The notes below the pieces were generated by a model. That model had not been told where the DNA came from and did no database searches. It saw only the letters and a list, made by a program, of their open reading frames with translations. DNA of 63,937 bases, the filler included, from Octopus bimaculoides (Eukaryota), in NCBI RefSeq assembly GCF_001194135.2. It is 7 parts of 6 records of this genome, joined end to end, with 100 filler letters (N's around TTAATTAATTAA, not from the genome) between each part and the next. Parts side by side here need not be neighbours in the genome. Positions count along the whole stretch, not along the records: positions 15,348 to 32,178 come from NC_068983.1; positions 32,279 to 37,718 come from NC_068981.1; positions 37,819 to 49,011 come from NC_069004.1; 4 more parts are not named here. The stretch is one strand, 5' to 3'. Of this stretch, positions 24,861-38,289 are shown piece after piece. Every line of letters starts with the position of its first letter. The stretch's first letter is position 1. A program made the position numbers and the translations under genes.

Positions 24861-25537
24861 AAATGACATAACAGCTTTAACAGCGACGACCACGGCATAA
24901 CAGTACAAAGAAAAAAGCAAAAAAAACAACAACAACAACCACGACCACATTGATAACAAGAGAAATGGCAATAATATTAACAAACAAGACAAGGAAAAAA
25001 AAGAAGAACAACAACAATAATACCAGCAGCAAGAACAACTACTATAACACGAACAAAAGCAAGAACAACAACATTATCAATGTAACTTCAGAAGCCTAAG
25101 GGATGTCAACAATTGTAATTTTGCTAACCGCATTAATTGGATATGCCCATTCCACTGATAGTGCATACTTTAAAGATTAGCCTTGGGGGAGAATCTTCAT
25201 TTAAAACGAAACTTCTCTGTATTTGGTTAGCTTCTAACACACTTATACAACACTTTATACTCACATAGAACTATTAACGTGCACAGCTACTACAATGAAT
25301 CATACGCATAAATCTTCACTTTGCAGAGACAGCCACCGAAAGCCTTCGTTTCCGTGTAGTAACAAATACAAAATTCTCAAGTTGTAAATTATACTAGTAA
25401 ACTTTAAGGATATTTAATTGGTATGGAAATGATACGCTGATAGAAGAAATGGAAACGTCTGTTGTGTGCACGCCGCAAACTTTTATATACACGAGTACGA
25501 CAGATAAGCACAGTGTGTAAGCACAGATAAGTATGTG

Positions 25538-25587
<50 letters not shown>

Positions 25588-25986
25588 NNNNNNNNNNNNN
25601 NNNNNNNNNNNNNNNNNNNNNNNNNNNNNNNNNNNNNNNNNNNNNNNNNNNNNNNNNNNNNNNNNNNNNNNNNNNNNNNNNNNNNNNNNNNNNNNNNNNN
25701 NNNNNNNNNNNNNNNNNNNNNNNNNNNNNNNNNNNNNNNNNNNNNNNNNNNNNNNNNNNNNNNNNNNNNNNNNNNNNNNNNNNNNNNNNNNNNNNNNNNN
25801 NNNNNNNNNNNNNNNNNNNNNNNNNNNNNNNNNNNNNNNNNNNNNNNNNNNNNNNNNNNNNNNNNNNNNNNNNNNNNNNNNNNNNNNNNNNNNNNNNNNN
25901 NNNNNNNNNNNNNNNNNNNNNNNNNNNNNNNNNNNNNNNNNNNNNNNNNNNNNNNNNNNNNNNNNNNNNNNNNNNNNNNNNNNNNN

Positions 25987-26026
<40 letters not shown>

Positions 26027-26813
26027 CGCGCGTGTGGGTACGTGTGTGTGTACATACATACATACACACACAGACCACATATATGCGTCCCTACTCCGTA
26101 TTATATGTATGTGTGTGTCTGTATAAAAGTTATGTGTGTTTAGTAGGAATTTTCCACACGTAATAGATTTAAGTGAAAAGAAATAGAAAATTCTCGACAG
26201 AAAGGAATCTGGTCGCTAAAGTGAATTGAGAAAGATACTAACATACACCAGCAGACAATATTCAAAGCTACTTGGAGAAGAAGACGGCGAGATTGAATCA
26301 GCAAAAGTAGTTAACAGAAACTGATTTCACAAATGATTTGGTATATACATATATATCATATTTGTATTAGATTTGCAAGACTCTTTATGTGAATTCGTGT
26401 GTTAAAAAAATTTTGCTGTGTCTAGGGAGAGTCATTATGTCAGTATTATTAACACACGCACAGGTTCAATTCCACTTTTTAATTATAGTCATTTGGTTAG
26501 ATATCCAGCTAACTAATCGATTCTTTATTTAATTTGGTTAAACAGTGAGACTTTGATTGGCCCAAAACTATAGTAGAAGAGATAATTGCAGAGGCTACCA
26601 CGCAGTGTGACAGAACCCGCAACCATGTGGTTGGGAAGCAAACATTTTTACCGTACAGCCACGCTGATATAGAGGGAAATTCATAAAGGAAACAGAAAAT
26701 AATTCTTTTTTTATTAAATACTAAAAGAAAATAAAGAAGTATTTGGTTGTTAACAGAAAGAAGTGACGTGACGAAGTAACATAGTGGCATATGTAGGGGT
26801 AAGCTTCAATCTA

Positions 26814-26970
26814 GGACAGAGGTTTTCAACAGGGATCCGTATGGCTCTTAGGGGAACATATAGCTCTTGGGAATACATATGGTTCTTTGGGTTTCATATA
26901 AAATTTTGTTGTTAAAATTATGTGCAATGAATTAGTTATACCGATAGAATATCACAAAATATTTTAATAT
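26814..26970. mobile_element. hAT-like MITE fragment (same family as 55096-55376 and ~44755-44900)
   Basis: CAGAGGTTTTCAAC terminus and internal sequence align with the reverse complement of 55250-55376. Confidence 0.6.
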
Positions 26971-26979
26971 TTTTATTAC

Positions 26980-27354
26980 ACTTTTACTTGTTTCAGTCAT
27001 TTGACTGTGGCCATGCTGGAGCACCGTCTTTTAGTCGAGCAAATCGACCCACCAGGACTTATTCTTTGTAAGCCTAGTACTATTCTATCGGTTTCTTTTG
27101 CCGAACCGCTATGTTACGGGGACGTAAACACACCAGCATCGGTTGTCAAGCGATGTTGGGGGACAAACACAGACACACAAACATACATATACATATACAC
27201 GACGGGCTTCTTTCAGTTTCCGTCTACCAAATGCACTCACAAGGCTTTGGTCGGCCCGTGGCTTTAGTAAAAGACACTTGCCCAAGGTGCCACGCAGTGG
27301 GACTGAGCCCGGAACCATGTGGTTGGTAAGTAAACTACTTACCATACAGTCACT
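26980..27354 (-). mobile_element. SINE family B
   Basis: Full reverse-complement copy. Confidence 0.9.
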
Positions 27355-28166
27355 NNNNNNNNNNNNNNNNNNNNNNNNNNNNNNNNNNNNNNNNNNNNNN
27401 NNNNNNNNNNNNNNNNNNNNNNNNNNNNNNNNNNNNNNNNNNNNNNNNNNNNNNNNNNNNNNNNNNNNNNNNNNNNNNNNNNNNNNNNNNNNNNNNNNNN
27501 NNNNNNNNNNNNNNNNNNNNNNNNNNNNNNNNNNNNNNNNNNNNNNNNNNNNNNNNNNNNNNNNNNNNNNNNNNNNNNNNNNNNNNNNNNNNNNNNNNNN
27601 NNNNNNNNNNNNNNNNNNNNNNNNNNNNNNNNNNNNNNNNNNNNNNNNNNNNNNNNNNNNNNNNNNNNNNNNNNNNNNNNNNNNNNNNNNNNNNNNNNNN
27701 NNNNNNNNNNNNNNNNNNNNNNNNNNNNNNNNNNNNNNNNNNNNNNNNNNNNNNNNNNNNNNNNNNNNNNNNNNNNNNNNNNNNNNNNNNNNNNNNNNNN
27801 NNNNNNNNNNNNNNNNNNNNNNNNNNNNNNNNTATATATTTATATATGCATATACATAATGAAAATAAAGTTATGATAGTTTATGTAAGACGCTCTGTAA
27901 TTTAGAAGTTTAACTTCTTACATTAAGAAAACCTACATATACATACATATATGCACGCATGCATGCATACGTACAATACATACATACAGTCGCAAGTTCT
28001 CTATAGTATATAAATGAAAAAATATCTTGTAAATGATAGTTCAGTGTCATTAGGGTAGAAGTCAGGCTGCTGACACAGCAATTCAGCAGTCTGACAGGTG
28101 TAACGGGGGAGGAAAAAGAAGAAAAAGAAGACAGGTACAAATACAAGCATAGACATTGACACGCAG

Positions 28167-28201
<35 letters not shown>

Positions 28202-28246
28202 TATATAATATCGACACCCACACACGAATATATAACACAAACACAC

Positions 28247-28289
<43 letters not shown>

Positions 28290-28593
28290 GGAATGTCATA
28301 TTTCCGTTTGTTGTCTTTTTATTTAATCCTGAAAATATTATTTATGTAACGCACGCACTCGTTAATATTTTACNNNNNNNNNNNNNNNNNNNNNNNNNNN
28401 NNNNNNNNNNNNNNNNNNNNNNNNNNNNNNNNNNNNNNNNNNNNNNNNNNNNNNNNNNNNNNNNNNNNNNNNNNNNNNNNNNNNNNNNNNNNNNNNNNNN
28501 NNNNNNNNNNNNNNNNNNNNNNNNNNNNNNNNNNNNNNNNNNNNNNNNNNNNNNNNNNNNNNNNNNNNNNNNNNNNNNNNNNNNNNNNNNNNN

Positions 28594-28625
<32 letters not shown>

Positions 28626-28808
28626 AGAATTTTCATACGACAAGATGGAATGAACAGGCTTTATTACAAATCACTGCAATTGTTTTAGCGTAATATTCAT
28701 TCTATAATTCTATAAATGTTAAGTTTGTAATTGCTGAATGCTACATATATCATACACATTATTGCATTAATATGATCCAACAATAGCTGTATACATACAC
28801 GTCTTTAG

Positions 28809-29120
28809 GCGAGAGTCTCTCTCTGTTTTCTACTCACACCATGTCATGTTAAGAGTGCACACATATACACATATTTAGTTGCAGCGAGCAAATGTTTCAG
28901 GAATCGCTGGAGAAGCAACATTGCATCATTTAGGAACATCTGTAGAAGACAATGCACATCACTTGCTGACTTAATATGGGATCTCAAAGGGAAAAAGATG
29001 CAATACAGCATGAATTGGTCGGTGGTACGAAATGCATACCCATACAGATCATACGCAAAAGCGTGTAACCTTTGCTTGGAAGAACCAGATATTAAACAAA
29101 GCACTACGAAATTGTTCTGA
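28809..29120 (+). mobile_element. Penelope-like element C-terminal GIY-YIG endonuclease remnant
   Basis: Stop-free frame absent from the ORF track: CHVKSAHIYTYLVAASKCFRNRWRSNIASFRNICRRQCTSLADLIWDLKGKKMQYSMNWSVVRNAYPYRSYAKACNLCLEE, matching the PLE pattern FK.R..NH..SFR...T.LS..IW.LK...I.W......Y......CNLCLEEK. Confidence 0.85.
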
Positions 29121-29292
29121 CTTGTAACTATAGACTTGTCTTAATTAATATTACTACTGACATGATTTTACTGTTATAATCATCTGTCTTAATCATTTGT
29201 TTTAAACTATGTTATTTCATGAAAAATTGCATGTGTGTAAATCCATTTGGTCAAGAGCGAAACGACTATAGGGTATATTATTCACCTGGTCC

Positions 29293-29336
29293 TCACCTGA
29301 TGAAGGCTGGAGAGTACATCAGCCGAAATGCTGTGA
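29293..29336 (+). ncRNA. Minimal type I hammerhead ribozyme motif, probably decayed, in the PLE 3' pLTR
   Basis: TCAC-CTGATGA-A-GGCTG(gagagtacat)CAGCC-GAAA-TGCT-GTGA: stem I 4 bp, canonical core, stem II 5 bp. Stem III/cleavage triplet is non-canonical (TGCT; an ancestral CGTT is inferred). Confidence 0.65.
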
Positions 29337-29467
29337 TAACAACAAAGGAGATGAGAACACCTATCCGTCCATTGTAAATAATGTACATAATTACTCATCT
29401 CAAAAATATAGACTAGTCTATAGGGTAGATCTATTAAAGATGACGTACACACACACACGCACACGCA

Positions 29468-29512
<45 letters not shown>

Positions 29513-31019
29513 GTGTGATATAAATAATATATAATAATATAAATAATATATATATATATATATGCATATATACATACATATAAGTACATACTTACATATA
29601 TATGTATATACACATGCATATATGGGTACAAAAACAACATGAAATACGAAAACATGGAATACGAACTTTTTTTACGAACAACGAAAAAACCAAATGGAAA
29701 ACAAGACAATTAACATAAAGAACGAACCTTCATCAGGTGTCGGCTGTTTTAACTACTCCACAGTTGCTCCCGCGAAGCAAAATAAAATTTGGGATTTGCG
29801 GAGGCTCAAAGTTGGCAATAAAAACATGACAGTGAAAACAAACAGTAAGGGCTGCTGAGCCATAAGGAGGTGAGGTGGCGGCGAACACTGGAGGAACAAG
29901 CTATGAGAGGAGAATGGATATAAATATAGAAAAATGTATTCATATATGATCATATTTGGAGGTTTATAAGTAGAGTAGCATGAAAATATACGCATTATGA
30001 TAGTGAAAATGTGAGTGTATATTTAGNNNNNNNNNNNNNNNNNNNNNNNNNNNNNNNNNNNNNNNNNNNNNNNNNNNNNTATATATATATGTATATGCAT
30101 CTGTATGTACATTAGTGTTAACTAAATGTGTATGTAAGTGTGTTTGTGTGTATGTGTGTATGTATCTATGTTTAAAGGTGCGTGCGAGTATATCTTCTTG
30201 GTTTAAGAGACTCTCTTAATGACTTGTAAAGCAACTGTGACAAAGCCGCGATAGTAAAGCTATGTAGTCAAATCTAAGTCGATAAGCCGACAGATTTTGG
30301 TCTCCTGTCGTGCTAAGGAAGTGACCATAAGCCATAGATTTCCTTTGAAAAGGAACGGTAACAGACACAAGAGACAGGTAATTGTTCAAGTTTATCTTTT
30401 TATGACATCATTATCTTAGAACGTTCTTTTATTTTCCTGAAAGCCCAGACAGGTTTGTGGCTAAGGTTGGAGTGAATAAGGGGTTTCTTTATATTTAAAA
30501 AAATTTATTTCCATTATTTTATTTTTGGCATCTTTCTCATTTGTAACTCTTTGTATTTCTGCGTTGTTCTTTGTCAACGGAATGCTAAAAATAACATAAT
30601 GGTTTGGGTATAAAATAGAGAGGAATTAAAGCTGATCTAGCAGTGTTTTGGACACTACTCAGTTGAGGACGTGCGCGTATATAGCTATTACTGGATCATA
30701 TTAACGCAATAATGTGTAAGGTATATGTAAATTCACTGATTACCAGCTGGTAATGATACGCCGAAACAACTGTAATGATTAGCAATAAAGAGCGTTCATT
30801 CTATCTTCTCGTATTAAAATTCTTTTGTATATACTCTACTGATACTTGCAGATTTCCTCATGTATATCCAGTAATAGAAGTCCGATTGCATGACAGCATC
30901 TGGTAACTGATACCCGCTGATTAGCTTTGGAAAACAAGCCATAAAGTTATTAACCCAGATGATATAAATATATATATATATATATATGTTCGGCATTCGC
31001 TGTCTGGCATTTGCCATGA

Positions 31020-31196
31020 TAGGTCGCTGACCACTACACACATTTTTTCTCTCCTTGTTTCTTTCTGTGTTCCTTTCTGTGGAAGAGCGTAAGTTCGAAA
31101 CGTTAAAGACTTTTTCAATTCCCGAGCGTTATACTAATACATCTATTTGTTTTCTACACCACCTATCTTCGTCTGTTGTTTTTTTTTGTGAATACT

Positions 31197-31254
<58 letters not shown>

Positions 31255-31259
31255 TCGCG

Positions 31260-31298
<39 letters not shown>

Positions 31299-31960
31299 AC
31301 ACACACACACGCGCACGCACACACACACACACACACATATATGGGACACTCAGTAACTGGTTCAGGAGCTTCCGGTGGTGCAGATATAATTCGTCGGGTT
31401 ATAGATAAACACAGCTCGTTAAAATGGCTGTTCCGCAATGTAACTTTCCGTTTTGGAGAGAGAAAAGCAGCAAGACGGAAGAAATATCTTCATTTATATG
31501 GAAGATAAAAAAATAAAATCACAGATGACAAAAAGAGAAATGAACACATGCTTAAATGCTGAGTAGAGCACCGGCACAGTTTAGGCTACCTGTTGTCATC
31601 CGTAGTTGTGTTACACTTCCGTTGGATTTCCTTCAGGAACTTTGCAGTGGCAGTTAGGGTAATTGATAGTAGGAGATAGATTTCGTATTAAACTTTTATG
31701 TATATGTATATACGTACATGTATACAGGCGTATATGTATATATGCGTATATGTATACATATGTATATATATATATATATATATAGGGAGAATTCACAAAA
31801 AAAAAACAAAAGACGAAGACAGGTGGTGTAGAAAAACAAATAGATGTATTAGTATAACGCTCGGGAATTGAGCAAGCCTTTAACGTTTCGAGCCTACGCT
31901 CTTCTCAGGAGAGAAAAATGTGTGTAGTAGTCAGCGATCTATCATGGTGAATGGCGGAAA
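31020..31960. repeat. Inverted pair of ~180-bp PLE-pLTR-like repeats (31020-31199 and 31785-31960) with hammerhead-like motif, enclosing the 150-bp module also found at 12733-12882
   Basis: Arms are reverse-complement homologous. CTTT-CTGTGGA-A-GAGC(gtaa)GTTC-GAAAC-GTT-AAAG at 31073-31108; module at 31350-31505. Confidence 0.8.
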
Positions 31961-32278
31961 GAAGGGTCACACAGGAGAGTTATGAAGAAGGGGAGATAAC
32001 AAAGTAAGAGTGATCCCAAAACGAAGGTGCGTGTGTGTGAGAGAATGCTGGTGATCTTAACTTATGCATGTGTGTATGTAGGTGTGAAGGTGTGAAAATG
32101 TGGGGATGGGAATTGGTCAGTGCTGGTGTGTGCGTGGTGGTGCGTTGTGATTTGATGTGTTGTGTGGTATGGTGTAGCNNNNNNNNNNNNNNNNNNNNNN
32201 NNNNNNNNNNNNNNNNNNNNNNTTAATTAATTAANNNNNNNNNNNNNNNNNNNNNNNNNNNNNNNNNNNNNNNNNNNN

Positions 32279-32667
32279 GTAGCTTATAACTGGGACAGCT
32301 AAAGTGTTGATACCCATTATCTTGTTTTTAGCATTGAGCTCTGTTTTTAGTATTGATCTAACTCGTCTATAGTACTCTTTCTTTATTTTTTCTTTCATTT
32401 GTGTATGTTGTATCCTATCTAGTTCATTGACTCCTAAATACTTATATGGTTGGCTTTCGTCTAGTTCTCTTATTTCATTGGCTTTATCTAGTGTTATATT
32501 GCTACTTTTAACTAATTTTCCTCTTTTCAGGGTTGCTTTGGCACATTTTTCTAATCCGAATTTCATTTCTATTTCCTTGGTAAAGCCGTGTACTGTCTGT
32601 AGTAGTGTTTCTAGCTCTTTGTCGTGTTTTGCATATAATTTTAGGTCATCCATATATAGAAGGTGTA
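32279..32667 (-). mobile_element. R4/Dong-clade non-LTR retrotransposon RT fragment, 5'-truncated at (TAA)n
   Basis: HLLYMDDLKLYAK...MKFGLEKCAK...YKYLGV...NKIMGINTLAVPVISY (ORF 32231..32752); HLLYMDDLKLY is typical of R4/Dong. Confidence 0.9.
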
Positions 32668-32699
32668 TTATTATTATTATTATTATTACTATTATTATT

Positions 32700-33415
32700 A
32701 TTATATGTTTGATTTTTGCTTTGTATCTCAACAAGTTGACTCTGAGTCTCAACCAGAGACCTCAAGAGACAACAAATTAGAAGTTCACATTGGCATTATG
32801 CCTAGGGTGTTATATATTTGGTTTTGCACATAGTATTTTTCTAGAGAATGTTTAAGAAAACACAAAAAAAGTGTGTTACAAAGTTTGAGATTGCGCAGAC
32901 AGTCTTTTACGTAGGATATGCGCAGTTCCCACGAGTCCTATCTTTTGAATTTCTGCCATTTTGGGGGTTCTTGGTGTATGAGCTAGGTAGGAATCAGCCT
33001 CTTTTGCTATAATTCCTAGGGCACATATGAACAAAAGGTATTGCGTTAGTCTTGAAGTTCCACATTTGGCTGATTTCTATTGCAAGGTCTTTGTACTTGC
33101 TCAGTTTTTGGTAGGTCTTGACAAATACATTTATGTCGATTGGGGCAGTCATATCAATAAGAAAGCAGGATTTTTGTCTGAAGTCTTTCAATACAAGTTT
33201 TGGCCTATTCGCATCTATCTTTCTGTCAGTTTGAACAGTAAAGTACCAGAGGAGTGAGATGTGATCATTTTCATGCGTTGGAGGTGGTTTGTGTTCCAAC
33301 TAGCTTTTATCATGGGGCAGGTCCAGGCTTTTGTAAATTACCCAGTGGACATATTGTGTTGTTCTATCATGCCTGTTGAGATACTCTGTAGAAGCAAGAA
33401 AACTGCACATGGAGG
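32700..33415 (-). mobile_element. R4/Dong-clade 3' fragment: zinc-knuckle remnant, restriction-like endonuclease, 3' UTR and (TAA)n tail
   Basis: CSFLASTEYLNRHD..QYVHW; LLWYFTVQTDRKIDANRP...LIDMTAP...KLSKYKDLAIEI (RPD/D/K-x-x-K-Y REL motif). Confidence 0.9.
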
Positions 33416-33489
33416 CAACATTATTATTATTGTCATTATTATTATTATCATCATCATCATCATCATCATCAGCATTATTATTATTATTG

Positions 33490-34139
<650 letters not shown>

Positions 34140-35420
34140 AAATTCAATAGAAACGGAACATTGTGCGTAAGATAATATTCAATAAAAGTTTTATGGCGAC
34201 GTTTTGCGGGTTATTTGTGATACGTATATCTTGTATTCTAACGGTATTTCTTGTTTTGTTTTTTTTGTTTTTCTGAATTAGCATCAGAAAATGTTGAGGT
34301 ACATGAAGAAGAAAATACAATTAGCTGCACAATATGGAGGTGCAAATTGTGGGTGTATGTTAGTGAGATGAAATTGATTAGTTAAAATAGCAGAGGAAGA
34401 CAATCTGCTTTTTACCATAATACTGTGCTATTAAAGATAAACGTTTGAATATATTGTGTTAGAATAGATTAACTTTAAAGTTAAAACGGAATTAAGTTTT
34501 GATAGGAGAGGCATTTATTTATTTTTGATGAAACTTGCGCGGGTTTCATTGTAATGACTTGGATATTTTTGTTTGAAACAATAGCAATTATTTTCACAAG
34601 CAATAGTAACTTATATATTCAATAGTGACTTATACATTCTGATAGAAATCTTTTGAGGCAGGCACCATGGAAGTTGAAGTAAGTATGCTTATCCAAGAGT
34701 ATTTCGTGTCATACAAACAGACTGAATTGATTTATGAGCGAGCGTATTTTTCCGTTTTCATTGAAAGTAGCAACGCGTACATGAGGAGATACTACAACAG
34801 CCTAGGAGGCAATAGAATATTAAACGAAATTATTGAATAATAACAATTGAATACAAACATTAATGTATATAACAAACTAAAGGAAGCAAAATTGGTTTAC
34901 AATAATGTTAGTTTACAAAAAAAAAGAATGGCATGATGGTCATTAGAAGACGATTTGAAAGCGATATATTCTTGCAGATGTGTTTCTCTGTAAATTAGCA
35001 GCAGCAAGACTGTTTAGACAATAATGACATTCCGAAAAGATTTAATTACTGTAATGCCAGAAAATGACGTCCACAAAATCTAAATAAAATTACTAATTAT
35101 TCTGTATGCAAACGCCCAACGGCTACATATTAGGGATTTATGAAATTTAATGAAGGCATTTGCTACTTCATAAATATTAAATTAAAGATAATTTGGCAAG
35201 TCGAATTTTATTTATTTCTAGATTACGAAGTAGTGATTGAGCTAATCAGGGTGTGAATTAAAAAAAAAATTATATCTTCCATCTGCCCATTGTCTAGTGA
35301 GAAATTAGACAATGAACAAATGAAATTTCTAAGAGCACGGGTATTGTTTGCGATACAGGATTTCAATTGAATACAGAAATTGAAATCAGCGAAAATATTT
35401 GTCAACATAATTCTAGTAAA

Positions 35421-35721
35421 GGCGCGTGACTTAGTGGTTAGGGCATTCGGCACACGATCCTAAGGTCGTGAGTTCTATTCCCGGTGACTCGTGGTGTCCT
35501 TGAGCAAGACACTTTATTTCCCGCTGCTCCAGTCCACTCAACTGGCAAAAATGAGTAGTACCTGTATTTCAAAGGGCCGGCCTTATCACGCTATGTGTCA
35601 CGCTGAGTCTCCCTGAGAACTACGTTAGGGGTACACGTGTCTGTGGATTTCTCAGTCACTTGCACGTTAATTTCACGAGCAGGCTGTTCCGTTGATCGCA
35701 TCAGCTGGAACCCACGTCGTC
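35421..35721 (+). mobile_element. tRNA-derived SINE (family C)
   Basis: Head GGCGCGTGACTTAGTGGTTAGGG...GTGAGTTCTATTCCC; CORE-like GTGTCCTTGAGCAAGACACTT. Confidence 0.8.
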
Positions 35722-36754
35722 AAAATTCTAATAATTTCTTTTTTTGTTTCTATGTCTATTGCATTTGATAAGAACCATACAACTTTCACTACTGAAATTG
35801 AGAAGATTATGTCTCTACTCCTATAAATTATTACAGCCCCAAAATGTTATAGCACATAATTAAACATCATTGCTTGTGAGAAAATTATCGGGTCGTCTCT
35901 ACCTGGGATACGAAAAAACTTTAACACCAATTCTGCTCTACGAAATCTTTTAGATTATGACAATAGGAGTCTGTTTTATAAGTTATGTAACTTGCTTTCA
36001 TTGTTCAAACACAGCGTTATGTTATATGTTAAACATTCAATCTTATCCAGAAATATATACCACTGTTTATTTTAACCACAATTAGAATGTTTAACTGAGA
36101 ATTATCCACAGAACATGAACAGTAATTCTCTCTGAAAAACCACTCGGATGTGATGTGTGTAAATAAGTGCATATTGTGTACATAATTTCACTTGTCTAGT
36201 ATTGTCAGTTGTTGATTACATTGATATTCAAACGTAATTTTCGATGATTAATGAGTCCTTCCTTAGATGTGAGTGCTGAACTCAATTCTTCATATAATTT
36301 GCAATATTAATGAATGAGAAACTTCACTGTAGCTCTATTTGGGAAAATTATATGAAAGACACAAAGTCGTCAAAAGTCATCAGGTATATATATATATATN
36401 NNNNNNNNNNNNNNNNNNNNNNNNNNNNNNNNNNNNNNNNNNNNNNNNNNNNNNNNNNNNNNNNNNNNNNNNNNNNNNNNNNNNNNNNNNNNNNNNNNNN
36501 NNNNNNNNNNNNNNNNNNNNNNNNNNNNNNNNNNNNNNNNNNNNNNNNNNNNNNNNNNNNNNNNNNNNNNNNNNNNNNNNNNNNNNNNNNNNNNNNNNNN
36601 NNNNNNNNNNNNNNNNNNNNNNNNNNNNNNNNNNNNNNNNNNNNNNNNNNNNNNNNNNNNNNNNNNNNNNNNNNNNNNNNNATATATATATATATACTTG
36701 CATGCTTTCGTTGTTATTCGCTGATAATATACACGTTCTTATTTCTAATAGTGA

Positions 36755-37085
36755 AGTCGCATGGTTCAGTGGTTAGAACGTCGAGCTTAAGATCGTAAGG
36801 TCGTGGGTTCGATTGCCGGACCGGGCTGCGCGTTGTTTTCTTGAACAAGCCAATTTATTTCACGTTGCTCCAGTTAACTCAGCTGTAGATATGAGTTGCG
36901 ACATCACTCGTGCCAAGTTGTATCGATCGTTGCCTTTCCCTTGGATAACATCAATGGTATGGAGAAGGGAGGCTGGTATGCATGGGCGTCTGTCAGCCTT
37001 CCATAAAGATCATTGCCCGGACTTGTGCCTGGGAGGGTAACTTTCTAGGTGCAATCCCATGGTCATTCATGACTACAGGGTGTCT
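36755..37085 (+). mobile_element. tRNA-derived SINE (family D)
   Basis: Head GCATGGTTCAGTGGTTAG...GGGTTCGATT; homologous over ~330 bp to 40416-40750. Confidence 0.85.
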
Positions 37086-37686
37086 CCTCAATTGCTAATA
37101 ATAAAGATAGCATTGCTGGACGACATAGGGCAATATATTTGAGTATGTATGCAAGTATGAGTTTATTCATATTTGTATGTATGTATGTGAGTGTGTGTAT
37201 AGAAGTAAATAGCCAAAGAGAGAGACCTAGTGTTATTAAGTCATAAGTGGTATTCAAGTATATATCTAAAGAAAACTGGATACATTAGGAATATATTTTA
37301 TTCCATTTTACATGTGTTCGATTTATAATAGAAGTTACAAAATAATACCTGAAGAAAAAATTAGTATAGAATATTTTATCCGTCATATCTGAGACAAAGA
37401 TTTTAAAATGTTATTTAATCATTGTCAGAAGAATTACGGATAAAAGATTCTATACTATTTTTTCTTCCTGCATAATTTGTAACACTTGTAACATGGAATT
37501 AAAATATACTAAATGTTTCCAGTCTTTTATTTTATATTTGATTAATCTATAAATTAGAATTCACTAGATGTTTCAAATAATATGTATATTGCATTCAAAA
37601 TAAAACTTGTATATGCATACATTAGATTACTGCAAGCAACTTGGGGACAAAACTTTCATAACAATTTACACACATTTAGCAGTACA

Positions 37687-37718
<32 letters not shown>

Positions 37719-37818
37719 NNNNNNNNNNNNNNNNNNNNNNNNNNNNNNNNNNNNNNNNNNNNTTAATTAATTAANNNNNNNNNNNNNNNNNNNNNNNNNN
37801 NNNNNNNNNNNNNNNNNN

Positions 37819-37874
<56 letters not shown>

Positions 37875-38152
37875 CATATATTTGTGTGTCTGTATTTGTT
37901 CGCCACCATCGCTTTACAATCGATGTTGGTGTGTTTAACTTAGCGGTTCGGCAAAAGAGACCGATAGGATAAGTGCTAGGCTCACAAAGAATAAGTTCTG
38001 GGATCGATTTGTTTCGACTAAAGGCGGTGATACATACATATATATATGTATATATATATATACACACAAACACACACACATATATATAGTCGCCATGCTT
38101 GATCGTTGATCCACAAGTTTTTTTTTATTATCTCTGTTTATTTTCTTTTATT

Positions 38153-38250
38153 CCTTCCTGTTGAAGAGCGTAGGCTCGAAACGTAAAAGACTTTCTCACG
38201 TTCCCGAGCATCAAACTAATACACCTGCTTGTTGTTCATATGCCTGTCTT
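38153..38250 (+). ncRNA. Hammerhead-like motif in a third copy of the 31-kb repeat family
   Basis: CTGTTGA-A-GAGC(gtag)GCTC-GAAAC-GTA-AAAGA; downstream sequence homologous to 31100-31180. Confidence 0.45.
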
Positions 38251-38289
38251 CGTTTTTTNNNNNNNNNNTTCAATATTGACAAATTAAAA

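Noticed and set aside
24156-24992. 200+ aa Thr-rich, Val-rich and Gly/Ser-rich ORFs on both strands
   Set aside because: Three overlapping ORFs from one stop-poor trinucleotide tract, with no credible splice or start context.
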